A stretch of DNA of 64,000 nt from a virus (lineage: Duplodnaviria; Heunggongvirae; Uroviricota; Caudoviricetes), in IMG/VR virus record IMGVR_UViG_649989924_000003, one strand, 5' to 3'. Position numbers and translations under genes: made by a program. The notes below the pieces were generated by a model. That model was given only the letters and a program-made list of their open reading frames with translations. It searched no databases and was not told the DNA's origin. The stretch's first letter is position 1. Each line of letters starts with the position of its first letter. Positions 30,869 through 40,287 of this stretch are shown here, piece by piece.

Positions 30869-31279
30869 TTATTGACAATCCACTGATTCTATGAGGTCTT
30901 CGGAAATAATAGATTTTAAGGATTTATCTATATCTGTTGTATAGAATGCTTGCGCTGTTCCATCCTCCTTAGATATATCAAACAGATATTCTGGAGCCAT
31001 ATTTGCATGATAGAGACTTAAAGCATGATTGACCATATCCTTTCTTTCAGTTTCTTCCTGAATCATCTCTTTATTAATTATTTCATTTTGATATTCTAAT
31101 TCATGGACCTTCTGATTGAGTTTAATAATTTGTTTTTCTAGATTTCTAGATGCCAAGACCTTATTGAGAAACAGCTTTCCCATTTCTGTTTCAAAGAATT
31201 TTTTTGCAATCGTCTTCTCTTCACATTTGTCCATAGACAGTCCTCCTTTTACTAATTCATATGTTCCCACGTTGCCCAC
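30869..31279 (-). CDS. Hypothetical protein
   Basis: ORF; probable start MDKCEE after AGGAGG. Confidence 0.55.
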   Translation of the reverse strand: MGNVGTYELVKGGLSMDKCEEKTIAKKFFETEMGKLFLNKVLASRNLEKQIIKLNQKVHELEYQNEIINKEMIQEETERKDMVNHALSLYHANMAPEYLFDISKEDGTAQAFYTTDIDKSLKSIISEDLIESVDCQ

Positions 31280-31476
31280 TTCTCAACATTTTCCCTAACC
31301 CATGATTGACATTGAATGGAATTAGGCTTGTATGCAAATGGAAATCCAAAAGGCTTATTCTTAACTTTTGGTTTCAAGCAGATGCACATTTTCTTCTTAT
31401 AATAATTGCATGTTAAACAACTCTGTCTTAATTGATTCGGTTTTTTATTTTCTAATGTGTTTCCATCAGAACTCAT
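31252..31476 (-). CDS. Small Cys-rich hypothetical protein
   Basis: CLTC...C.C...C; strong RBS. Confidence 0.55.
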   Translation of the reverse strand: MSSDGNTLENKKPNQLRQSCLTCNYYKKKMCICLKPKVKNKPFGFPFAYKPNSIQCQSWVRENVEKWATWEHMN

Positions 31477-31480
31477 AATT

Positions 31481-31566
31481 CTCCTCCTTTATAGACACAA
31501 AAAAAGACAAATCAATAACTTTGTCTTTTGTAGGTCTCGTATATACTTACATATATATTTTACCAC
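31481..31566 (-). promoter_or_regulatory. Promoter-ACGA-terminator leader, copy 2
   Basis: TGGTAAAAT-16 nt-ACGAG...AAAGACAAA/TTTGTCTTT-TTTTG-AGGAGG. Confidence 0.75.
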
Positions 31567-31695
31567 ATATCTTTAAAGATGTGCTGTCCTGTTTACATAT
31601 TTATCAGTGTCTTGATAACAGTCTTGCGTTTCAACCAAAAAACAGAGGAATGTGTTATAATAGACCAGTACATAAATTTATCGGAGGTGAATACA

Positions 31696-32397
31696 TTGTC
31701 AAATATCTATGCAACATGGAAGCAAAAAATTTGGCTTGTAGGATTACTTATCGTATGTTTTATGCTATGCACTGGTTTTCAAATTAAAACGGTTTATGCA
31801 GTAGACTCCACAGCAATTTCATCAACACAAGATATCACATTAAATGATGAAGATTTGATGAAAAATGCTGAGGAAAAAGTCTCTGTAGATGATATTGCTG
31901 ATTCATATAAAAAACTTGCAAATAAGCTACATTCAAATGAATCTAAACAGGAAGCCGCTATTGTGAAACATGAAAAAGAGGTACAGGCAAAAAAGGCTGA
32001 AAAGGAAAGAAAGCGTAAAAGAAAATTGTGCAAAAACATTATTCAAACAGCACTTTCTAAGAAAGGAAGTCATTATGTTTGGGGTGCAACTGGACCAAAC
32101 GTTTTTGATTGTTCTGGTTTAACACAGTGGGCATACAGACAAAATGGAATTTATATTCCAAGAGTTGCTGCAAGTCAAGCTCAGTATGGGCAAAAGGTTT
32201 CAAAAAGAAATTTACAACCTGGTGACTTATTATTTTTTAGAACAGACAAAAGTTCAAATAGAATTAGTCATGTAGGAATGTATATAGGAGATGGAAAAAT
32301 GGTTCATGCTCCAACAACAGGTGATGTTGTAAAAGTCTCAAGTATTTATTCAGCGTTTTGGTCACGTACATATGCCTGGTCATGTCGCTATATTTAG
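31696..32397 (+). CDS. Secreted NlpC/P60 cell-wall endopeptidase
   Basis: YVWGATGPNVFDCSGL, LQPGDLLFF, HVGMYIGDG; TTG start after GGAGGTG. Confidence 0.92.
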   Translation: MSNIYATWKQKIWLVGLLIVCFMLCTGFQIKTVYAVDSTAISSTQDITLNDEDLMKNAEEKVSVDDIADSYKKLANKLHSNESKQEAAIVKHEKEVQAKKAEKERKRKRKLCKNIIQTALSKKGSHYVWGATGPNVFDCSGLTQWAYRQNGIYIPRVAASQAQYGQKVSKRNLQPGDLLFFRTDKSSNRISHVGMYIGDGKMVHAPTTGDVVKVSSIYSAFWSRTYAWSCRYI

Positions 32398-32405
32398 GAG
32401 GTATA

Positions 32406-32669
32406 ATGGATAAAAAAATTACAATAAGCTATTCTTTAGATGATAAAAAGAATTTCAATTGCCAAGTGGATACAACAGCTCCATTTAGCTATGAAGAACT
32501 TCTTTATGGGATATCAAATATGATTCAATTATTTAGTCAGAATACAGGTGTTCATCCAATTCAGGTTGCTTCGTCTTTACAGAACTTTATAGTTGAAGAA
32601 TCCTTTAAAAAAATAAACAATATGCCAGAAGATGATAAAACTGAAGACATTCAAACAAGTGCTAATTAA
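32406..32669 (+). CDS. Hypothetical protein
   Basis: AGGAGG RBS. Confidence 0.55.
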   Translation: MDKKITISYSLDDKKNFNCQVDTTAPFSYEELLYGISNMIQLFSQNTGVHPIQVASSLQNFIVEESFKKINNMPEDDKTEDIQTSAN

Positions 32670-32820
32670 TATAGCACTTTTTTATTTGCTATAAGTATAC
32701 TAACAAAAGAAATTAGCGATTAGTGGTATAATTAAAGAGTATATATACGATTAAAATGAGAATTATCTCAATTGGATTCATCATCGAATACCAATGTAGA
32801 AATTATGAAAGGACTATAAT

Positions 32821-33201
32821 ATGGATTTAACAAGTAAAGTGAAGGAAATTAGAAAATTTGCAAAGTTTGGATTGGTGCAATTTTCTAAACACTGTCACGA
32901 GAGAGGTCTCGAAAGAGGACTTTCTCAGCTTATGATTTTAGATATGCTAACTGATAATAACAATACAATAGCTCAATATAAGGAACATTATAAAGGGGCA
33001 AATCATCCATCATATGTCATTTTGGCCAAATGTCATCAAAACAAGAAATATTATCATATTGTTATCTATGAAGAAGTTTCTGCATTAGGAGGTCGTAAAT
33101 TCTCTGTATCAACAGTTTATCAACCTTCTCAAAACTATTTTTCACATAATGGAAGATATCTAAAAAAGAAAAAAGACAGACTTACGACAGCTCACCATTA
33201 G
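32821..33201 (+). CDS. DUF4258-like (RelE-fold) protein
   Basis: FSKHCHERGLERGLS...YHIVI...VSTVYQP. Confidence 0.55.
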   Translation: MDLTSKVKEIRKFAKFGLVQFSKHCHERGLERGLSQLMILDMLTDNNNTIAQYKEHYKGANHPSYVILAKCHQNKKYYHIVIYEEVSALGGRKFSVSTVYQPSQNYFSHNGRYLKKKKDRLTTAHH

Positions 33202-33254
33202 GTGAGCTTACTTGTTGTCTGATAGCAAAAAAAGAGGCTCTTGTCCTCTTTCGT

Positions 33255-33776
33255 TTATAATTCTAAGAGTTTATGAATTTGCTCTTTGTTATCCACAATG
33301 TGAATCTGACAGCCTTTTTTCACGAGTTCTCTTGCTTTAACCTCTTTACTTCCTGCATCCTCTCCTATCAATAATAATTCTGGATTCTCATAAATATTTC
33401 CCAATACTTCTAACATTAATCCCTTATGAAAATGTCTCTTACTTCCAAGCATAAAAGAGCATTCTTCATCATTCCATTCAACAATATCAGTATTTTCTAT
33501 ATAGTTATCATTATAGGGATACCAACTTTTGACAATATCGCCTTCATAGATATCTTTGTTATTCCTATCTTTGAGTCCAATGAATTGCATTAATTCTATA
33601 TGGCTAAAAGGAATACTTATATTTCCTCCTACTTTGTCACCATCATATATTTTTTTATATCCAATCTGAACTTTTTCTTTTCCCAAATGAATAGTGTTAA
33701 CTTTTACAATTTTCCCATCACTATATGAGTCTGTAAGCGTAGGAATTATCCATGCTCTCATTTTCATGTCTTTCAT
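33255..33776 (-). CDS. YopX-family protein with a BRCT-like C-terminal tail
   Basis: MQFIGLKDRNNKDIYEGDIV, EVLGNIYENPELL, then GEDAGSK..KAREL. Confidence 0.8.
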   Translation of the reverse strand: MKDMKMRAWIIPTLTDSYSDGKIVKVNTIHLGKEKVQIGYKKIYDGDKVGGNISIPFSHIELMQFIGLKDRNNKDIYEGDIVKSWYPYNDNYIENTDIVEWNDEECSFMLGSKRHFHKGLMLEVLGNIYENPELLLIGEDAGSKEVKARELVKKGCQIHIVDNKEQIHKLLEL

Positions 33777-33813
33777 TTTTCAATTTCCTCCTTTTTTGTC
33801 TTTGAACTGTAAT

Positions 33814-34158
33814 TTAATAATTCAAAATTGTCTTTTTCAAATTCATTATGTCTTCTAGACACTTGATAAGACCTTTGCAGTTTCCAAAAGACTCAAAATT
33901 CTCTGTTTGATTATCATAATCTTCTTTATTTAAATAGACATCTGTAACAACTTCTTCATTATTTACTTCATAAGTGACAGCATATCCTTGCCACCCTTTC
34001 TGTTTGGCTTCGTCTAATATTCTGCTTTGTAATAAATACATCATTTTTAAATCTTCTTTTGAAGTTTGCCATAATTCATCCTGTTTTCTCATTTCTTTTG
34101 TATAAGCAAGTTTTATACCTTTATGTCTCAAAACTAATTTCATTATTTTTTTAAACAT
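33814..34158 (-). CDS. Hypothetical protein
   Basis: ORF with RBS. Confidence 0.6.
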   Translation of the reverse strand: MFKKIMKLVLRHKGIKLAYTKEMRKQDELWQTSKEDLKMMYLLQSRILDEAKQKGWQGYAVTYEVNNEEVVTDVYLNKEDYDNQTENFESFGNCKGLIKCLEDIMNLKKTILNY

Positions 34159-34164
34159 TTTAAT

Positions 34165-34246
34165 TCCTCCTTATTTTTGTTAAACAAAAAAGGTCTATTC
34201 AAAAGAATAGACTTACTCGTTTATGTTTACATCTCTATTTTATCAT
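34165..34246 (-). promoter_or_regulatory. Promoter-ACGA-terminator leader, copy 3
   Basis: TGATAAAAT-16 nt-ACGAG-GTCTATTC/GAATAGAC-T6G-AGGAGG. Confidence 0.8.
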
Positions 34247-34332
34247 AATTTAGCCTGACACATATTTTAATTCTTTTCAGTTTTTCTTAAGTTATCTAGA
34301 ACAATACCAGAATTTTTTGTAATGCTTACCGC

Positions 34333-34536
34333 TTAATCATCACTCAATCTTTGCCAACTAATAATCTCACCCATATGATGACAAGGTGCAAGATATATAT
34401 TTTTACTTATTTCTTCTCTTAATTTTTCTATATCTAGTTCAGATTTAATTTCTTTAGGATATTCAAGAATTATTGTATGAATATAATTATCCTTAAAAGA
34501 TTTTCCATTTTCAATATAAGCTACATAATATTTCAT
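34333..34536 (-). CDS. Hypothetical protein
   Basis: ORF with RBS. Confidence 0.5.
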   Translation of the reverse strand: MKYYVAYIENGKSFKDNYIHTIILEYPKEIKSELDIEKLREEISKNIYLAPCHHMGEIISWQRLSDD

Positions 34537-34650
34537 ATTTTCTTCTCCTTTATGCGCGCACGTTCTTGCGCTTAATATCTATTTCTTCTAAAATCACCAC
34601 TCCTACATTGCGATGTTAACAGATTAGTTTTTCACTTTTGTCATTTTACT

Positions 34651-34727
34651 TCCTCCTTTTGTACAAAAAAACGAGGCATCTCGAAGATACATCGTTCTCG
34701 TTTTAACTGACATATATAGTATATCAT
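34651..34727 (-). promoter_or_regulatory. Promoter-ACGA-terminator leader, copy 4
   Basis: TGATATACT-16 nt-ACGAG, hairpin, T-run, AGGAGG. Confidence 0.75.
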
Positions 34728-34777
34728 ATATCTATAAGTATGTAATATCCTGCTTCACATTACCATATATTTATCAA

Positions 34778-35431
34778 TTATAAGTGACCATAATCCAATA
34801 TCATATATTGAATTGGTCCACCAACAACCCTTTTATTCTCTTCAAAAAGCTTTGCTTCTTCATGAATAGCATTTTCAATCGTCTGTATACATTTATTTAA
34901 TGAATCCTTTAATGATAAATTTAAATCAGCCTGATGAAACTGACTTCTTGCAATAATTTTATGGTATTCTTCTCCCATAAATAATATGTCACTTTCGTTA
35001 TCATTCCATATTTTCAAGTAATATCCTTTTCCATGTAATACATCCAAACTTGTCATCATCTTTTTGTATATGAATACACATGAAATATCTTTACATTCAT
35101 TATCACAAGTTGGTTTTACATAATAAGCAAATTGATTAATTTGTAGCTGCAGTTCCTCAAATGATGTAATATCACTAAAGAAATGAGGAAGAATATCATT
35201 TATATCATCTGCTTGACTGTTATCTTCTATCTTAATTACTTGATTGAGTCCTACGATTCCAATATATAGTTCATTTTCTTTCATACAATGAATTTTCTTA
35301 TAGTTTCCATCTTTCAACCCTCTGCTTGGATAAGTGCTATAAGAATCTGATGCAATTATAACACCATTATTTGTTTTCATTGCAACCATAAAAGACATAT
35401 AATTTCGTCTCCTTTCTAATTCCTGATACAT
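34778..35431 (-). CDS. Ntn hydrolase paralog F (upstream ATG 35431; core ATG 35398, Ser1)
   Basis: M-SFMVAMK...IASDS...KKIH...IVG; VVGGPIQ. Confidence 0.75.
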   Translation of the reverse strand: MYQELERRRNYMSFMVAMKTNNGVIIASDSYSTYPSRGLKDGNYKKIHCMKENELYIGIVGLNQVIKIEDNSQADDINDILPHFFSDITSFEELQLQINQFAYYVKPTCDNECKDISCVFIYKKMMTSLDVLHGKGYYLKIWNDNESDILFMGEEYHKIIARSQFHQADLNLSLKDSLNKCIQTIENAIHEEAKLFEENKRVVGGPIQYMILDYGHL

Positions 35432-35440
35432 TACCTATAC

Positions 35441-35458
35441 CTCCAGCAATGTCCTGCT
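35441..35458 (-). promoter_or_regulatory. 5' hairpin-GGAG leader of paralog F
   Basis: AGCA-GGACAT-TGCT-GGAG after TG-TTATACT. Confidence 0.75.
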
Positions 35459-35816
35459 ATATAAAAGTATAACATATTCTATAATAGAATAACAAAAACG
35501 CTCCTTGTTTGATGAGTGTTTCATCGATTATTAGAAACTTATTTAAGCTCATTTAATTTCTGAACATTTTTTTACTTAATTCTTTTTTATCTATTAATTT
35601 TATATTTTCTAGGGATTTACAAAGGTGATTGAGAGTTTCTGTTTTGGGACAAGCAACCTCAGTCAGCTCATCATTGCTAAATTTAATCAACCAAGATGTG
35701 GTTAGTCTATCTCTTCTTAAATCAACTAATTTAATCTCTGGATTTCTTTCATAAAATAAAGAAAATCTAATTTCAACAGAACCAAAAAGGTTCGAGCTTA
35801 ATGTAGCAACACAGCA

Positions 35817-35834
35817 AACTCTTATTTCAAGAGT
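35817..35834. promoter_or_regulatory. Palindromic operator-like site, copy 3
   Basis: AACTCTT ATTTC AAGAGT. Confidence 0.55.
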
Positions 35835-35927
35835 AAATATATATTTTTTTCAATTTTATTAAATAGTTTTCCTTAAAAATTATATTTAAAACTCTATTTT
35901 AGGCGAATATAATCGAAAATATACTAA

Positions 35928-35946
35928 AACTCTTATTTCAAGAGTT
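35928..35946. promoter_or_regulatory. Palindromic operator-like site, copy 4, 6 nt upstream of a TTGACA -35
   Basis: AACTCTT ATTTC AAGAGTT gttatg TTGACA. Confidence 0.6.
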
Positions 35947-36089
35947 GTTATGTTGACATTTACATCTTTATATGATAAATTTTAATTAAGATATAAAAGC
36001 GCTTTTATATAAAAATTATAATAAACTGATAGTTAGAAAACAAGTTCATAAATATTAGATTATTATAAATATGAAATGGAGGGAAAAGT

Positions 36090-36293
36090 GTGAATAATAA
36101 AGTTCTATTATTATGTAAGTTTATATTATTTATTTTCATCTCAATTTCTTACTTTTATTTAGTTAAAGTCATTTCAAATTCATTTTCAATTACAGTTCAA
36201 CAAGGGAATATATTAGGTATTATCAGTTTCATTATTTATATAGGTATAATACTCCCCCTAACTTTTGTTTTACTCAAGCAATTAAACAAGTAA
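36090..36293 (+). CDS. Small two-TM membrane protein
   Basis: GGAGG RBS; two hydrophobic segments. Confidence 0.55.
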   Translation: MNNKVLLLCKFILFIFISISYFYLVKVISNSFSITVQQGNILGIISFIIYIGIILPLTFVLLKQLNK

Positions 36294-36313
36294 CAAGAAA
36301 GGATGAAAATATT

Positions 36314-37339
36314 ATGAAAAAAATAAAAAAAGGGATATTATTTATAACGCTTGCATCATTAGTCACTACTTTCTCCATGAGTATGAGACCTGTAAACGCT
36401 ATTGATTATTTAGGAATTGCTCAATCGGTTGCATGGCAAATTGCAAAAAAAGCTAGTAGTGCTTTTTTCAATAGAAAACCTACTATCAAAAAGGGACCAA
36501 ACTATATAACAAGTGGAACAGGCTCTCTAAAATTTAATACTGATATTGGAGCTAGTGTTAAAGTAAATATTAATCTAGGAAAGTCAAGGTTGGAAGTTGA
36601 CGCATTTGCTCAAACTGATTTCCTAAATTGGCTTGATAAAATCGCAGTTACACTTACTGCACCAAATAATGGGAAAGATGTTATTAATAGGTCTGTAACA
36701 CATAATCAGCACTCTTATTATAAATCTGCAAGCCCATATGGTATATATAATCTACGATTTACTGATACTGATAAATGTAAATGGGATTGCTACTATACAC
36801 TAGTTGACTATGCAAAATCAGCATCTAGGTCAGTAGATATGTATCAGAACATTTATAATACGGAAGGCTTGGAGATAAACAGTGTTTATAATGCTTCTAA
36901 TCAAAAAAGCTATATCCTTCCTACTAAGGATTTAAGTTCAAAGCCATTTTCTTTAAGCAAAGAGAGCATATCATTGAGTGCTGGGGAATTAAATAATCAA
37001 TTCTATGATGAAAACAGAAAAGTATTTGTCAATGCACTTAGGGATTATGATGTTGATGATAAGATTTTATTCAGTGATATTATTTCTGATATTCAGTACA
37101 ATAAAGAAGACAATTATACATTATTTTCTTTTGATACTGATGATTCTACTATCCATTGGCCATTTGCTGGCAACTTAACAACTCAATATAAAAAAGGTGA
37201 TACTTTAAAACTTAAGTTGAAAGTTGTTGAAGAATACAGATACGATAACAACGTTTTTGAAAATCTAGACTATTGCTTAAATGGTATGAAATTACAAGAA
37301 AAAAACGAATATCCAAATATTAATGATTATCTTAAATAA
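36314..37339 (+). CDS. Secreted hypothetical protein
   Basis: Signal peptide ending VNA. Confidence 0.65.
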   Translation: MKKIKKGILFITLASLVTTFSMSMRPVNAIDYLGIAQSVAWQIAKKASSAFFNRKPTIKKGPNYITSGTGSLKFNTDIGASVKVNINLGKSRLEVDAFAQTDFLNWLDKIAVTLTAPNNGKDVINRSVTHNQHSYYKSASPYGIYNLRFTDTDKCKWDCYYTLVDYAKSASRSVDMYQNIYNTEGLEINSVYNASNQKSYILPTKDLSSKPFSLSKESISLSAGELNNQFYDENRKVFVNALRDYDVDDKILFSDIISDIQYNKEDNYTLFSFDTDDSTIHWPFAGNLTTQYKKGDTLKLKLKVVEEYRYDNNVFENLDYCLNGMKLQEKNEYPNINDYLK

Positions 37340-37405
37340 TTATTATAAAAAATCATGCCTATATAAAATTCAAAAGAGACCAATGGTCTCTTTTTTGTTA
37401 TTTAT

Positions 37406-37783
37406 CTATATTAATTTCAATTTAATATCAATTCTTTCCAAAATCCCCTCTTTAGTCATTCTATAAATAATATCCATCATCATTTCTAAATCATCCATTC
37501 CCACATGATAAGTACAATATGGAATTGCATCAAACCATAAAATGCCATATTCTCCTGGTCTTGTATCAACCCAGCCTTCTAAAAGAGGATTCCCTGAATC
37601 TTCTACAGCAATTTTGGAAGGATTCTCACCATCCATAAGATATATATAGTAACAGCCATCCATCATGCAATATTCATTTACATTTGTACCCTCCAAAGCC
37701 CCACTTGCAAGCCATTCTTCAGGCAACTTAAACCCATATTCTTTTAATCTATGAAAATTCTTCTTATTTATGATAAATTCCAT
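37406..37783 (-). CDS. Hypothetical protein
   Basis: ORF with RBS. Confidence 0.6.
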   Translation of the reverse strand: MEFIINKKNFHRLKEYGFKLPEEWLASGALEGTNVNEYCMMDGCYYIYLMDGENPSKIAVEDSGNPLLEGWVDTRPGEYGILWFDAIPYCTYHVGMDDLEMMMDIIYRMTKEGILERIDIKLKLI

Positions 37784-37787
37784 TTTT

Positions 37788-37868
37788 CTCCTCCTTGTTA
37801 AATAAAAAAGAATCTACAAAATTGCAGATTCCTTCTTCTCGTATAATATTACATTTCAATTATACCAT
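37788..37868 (-). promoter_or_regulatory. Promoter-ACGA-terminator leader, copy 5
   Basis: TGGTATAAT-16 nt-ACGAG-GAATCTGC/GTAGATTC-T-run-AGGAGG. Confidence 0.8.
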
Positions 37869-37975
37869 AGATTTTCTATTATAAATTCACTCATAATATA
37901 TTCCCTATTGAGACAATATATGGTAAAATAAATCACATTATACTGATAAATGTAACTACATATATAAATGAAAGG

Positions 37976-38959
37976 GTGATATTAATGAAAAATTATATAA
38001 CATTAGATGAACTTGTTATACAGCATGAAAACATTATGAAAAACACTCTTAAGCTCGCTTCATTAACTGCTTATAAAAGAAGATATATTCAATATATTCA
38101 GCCATATTTTGGAACATCAGCTATCAGTTCAATCAACTTAGATAGGCTGCTTCAATGGTGGAGTGATATGACCAGTCTTAAATCCCGAAACAATAAAAAT
38201 TATAGCACGAATACATTAAACTGCTCTATTAGAGGAACTTTCAATGCATATATGAATTTTGCAGTCAATATGGGGTATATTGCACAAAATCCATTGTCTC
38301 TTATTCCTCAATATAAGAACCCCAATGAAGTTCATATGAATAAAAATAATTATTGGACCTCTAATGAATTTAATAATTTTTTATCTACTGTTGATAACTT
38401 GTTATATTATTCATTATTCTATATCCTCTTTTTTACTGGGATGCGAATAGGTGAAGTATTATCATTGCAATGGAATGATATTGATTTCAGTCGCAATAAA
38501 CTGTATATAAATAAAACCTTGAGATATATTTCTAAACAGAAAGGATATATAATTAGTCCTCCAAAATCATGGAGAAGTCAACGGTGTATAGAATTAACAG
38601 ATGGATGCATAAATTTATTGGATGAACTTTTTTGTACATATGAAACATATCCAAACTTTAAAATGAGCAATTTTGTTTTTGGAAATAGTTGCTTTCTAAA
38701 ATACCCTACTATACGTGTTAATTTCATGAAATATATTTCCAAATCACATGTAAAAAGTATCACAATTCACGGATTAAGGCATTCTCATGCATCTATGTTA
38801 ATTAATGCAAATGTCCCAGATTATCTCATTGCAGACCATTTAGGTCATTCAGTCAACGAATTATATAAAACATATGCCCACATCTATATCAGTTCAAAAG
38901 AAGAATTCTTTCCTATACTTAACCATTTGGAGTGTGAATTTCAAAATATAAAGTCGTGA
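37976..38959 (+). CDS. Tyrosine recombinase/phage integrase family protein
   Basis: TGMRIGE (R), HGLRHSH (HxxR), LGH, TYAH (Y). Confidence 0.92.
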   Translation: MILMKNYITLDELVIQHENIMKNTLKLASLTAYKRRYIQYIQPYFGTSAISSINLDRLLQWWSDMTSLKSRNNKNYSTNTLNCSIRGTFNAYMNFAVNMGYIAQNPLSLIPQYKNPNEVHMNKNNYWTSNEFNNFLSTVDNLLYYSLFYILFFTGMRIGEVLSLQWNDIDFSRNKLYINKTLRYISKQKGYIISPPKSWRSQRCIELTDGCINLLDELFCTYETYPNFKMSNFVFGNSCFLKYPTIRVNFMKYISKSHVKSITIHGLRHSHASMLINANVPDYLIADHLGHSVNELYKTYAHIYISSKEEFFPILNHLECEFQNIKS

Positions 38960-39065
38960 ATAATTCTAAATCAAAGAAAAAACCACTTGTACTAACCAAG
39001 TGGTTTTTATGAAATCTTCATTATACAATCTGCTAAATGCTAATTCTGCTTCTGTTATAAAGCAT

Positions 39066-39572
39066 TTAAATAAATTGATAATTCCAATCTAAAAAACTGC
39101 TAATATGATAACTGCATATACCATTTCTTTCTGCTTCTTTTAAAAAACTCAAAACATCATCAACATAGATAATATTTTTTAAATCAATGTTTTTCTCTTT
39201 ACAGTATTCTAAAATTGTTAAATATTTCGGTTTATTTTGAAATGTGAGTATAATATCTGACATATTTGGATAATGTTTTTCTAACCAAATAAATTTATCC
39301 TTCCTTTCTTTTTCATTGAAACAGTGCCCCATAATAATGTTTTGTTTTGCCTGACATTCATTTAAAACTTTTTGCATAAATCTAGAGGGATTCCTTTTCA
39401 AAAAAATTCCATCTTCGACTTCATCTAAAGAATAGCCATTTTCACTTCCCTTTGGGTCCCCTACATGATTATTAAACCTGTAACTGGCCAAAGTTCCATC
39501 AATATCCCAAAATACAATTTTATTTCTAGTATCATTCATTGTAATCATTCCCAAATTTAAATACACCTCCAT
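39066..39572 (-). CDS. HAD-superfamily hydrolase
   Basis: FWDIDGTL; YVDD. Confidence 0.75.
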   Translation of the reverse strand: MEVYLNLGMITMNDTRNKIVFWDIDGTLASYRFNNHVGDPKGSENGYSLDEVEDGIFLKRNPSRFMQKVLNECQAKQNIIMGHCFNEKERKDKFIWLEKHYPNMSDIILTFQNKPKYLTILEYCKEKNIDLKNIIYVDDVLSFLKEAERNGICSYHISSFLDWNYQFI

Positions 39573-39580
39573 ATTCTAAT

Positions 39581-39660
39581 TCTTTTCTGTAAAACAAAAA
39601 AGAATCTGCTCTTTAGAAACAGATTCTTCTCGTTTAACTTTACTATTCCATTATATCATA
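39581..39660 (-). promoter_or_regulatory. Promoter-ACGA-terminator leader, copy 6
   Basis: TGATATAAT-16 nt-ACGAG-AGAATCTG/CAGATTCT-T-run. Confidence 0.8.
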
Positions 39661-39692
39661 TTTAGACTTGTTATGGCGCAGATTATCATCCT

Positions 39693-40004
39693 TTATAAAT
39701 ACTCTGATATATCTCTTTTGTTATATAGAAAACGTCTGACTTCCATTACATTTCCTATAACAACATAAAAAATAACATAATTTCTAATATAGATTCTATA
39801 GTAAGAATGTTTTCTTTTATGTTTTGAACGAAATGGTTCAAAACTAAGAGGATTTTGACTTCTTTTTAGAATGACTTTCTCAACATCATCAACTAATTTT
39901 AAAGCAGCATCAGGATTTTCTAATATATTACTGATATAATAAACTGTTTTCATTAAATCATCCTGAAAGAGAGGAAGATAATGAATTTCATAATCTTTAT
40001 TCAT
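39693..40004 (-). CDS. RelE/ParE-family toxin
   Basis: YEIHYLPLFQDDL...YYRIYIRNYVIFYVV...EVRRFLY. Confidence 0.9.
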   Translation of the reverse strand: MNKDYEIHYLPLFQDDLMKTVYYISNILENPDAALKLVDDVEKVILKRSQNPLSFEPFRSKHKRKHSYYRIYIRNYVIFYVVIGNVMEVRRFLYNKRDISEYL

Positions 40005-40287
40005 CTTTATTTCCTTTAAGCCCCTCTCTTACATTGTCAAAAAGTTCTTGATGGGATATACGTTTCTTTGTTAATGAAGCCATTTTATCAGCTTCGTCTA
40101 GTTTCACTTCAATATCCTCTGTTAAGCGAGAGTATTCTTCTAAGCTCAGGACAACCATAGAGCCATAGCCATTTTTAGTCAAATATACTGGCTGTCCTTC
40201 CTTAACAACATCTTCAATTTCTGTAAATTTATTCCTTAAATCTGATATTGGTCTTATTTCCATAATATCAACTCCTTTATTTATCAT
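39997..40287 (-). CDS. Phd/YefM-family antitoxin
   Basis: IRPISDLRNKF...PVYLTKNGYGSMVVLSLEEY. Confidence 0.92.
   Translation of the reverse strand: MINKGVDIMEIRPISDLRNKFTEIEDVVKEGQPVYLTKNGYGSMVVLSLEEYSRLTEDIEVKLDEADKMASLTKKRISHQELFDNVREGLKGNKDE

Noticed and set aside
31530-31560. GT-N8-AC part of the leader as a Gram-positive LexA (CGAAC-N4-GTTCG) or CcpA cre site
   Set aside because: The orientation and conserved bases do not fit either consensus across the copies.
35530-35800. Possible decayed LytTR/AgrA-like gene on the minus strand
   Set aside because: Only vague similarity in short open segments (…LENIKLIDKKE…), with no start or RBS. Not supportable.
35780-35800. GGTTCGAG as a tRNA T-loop
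   Set aside because: No cloverleaf, acceptor stem or D-arm around it.
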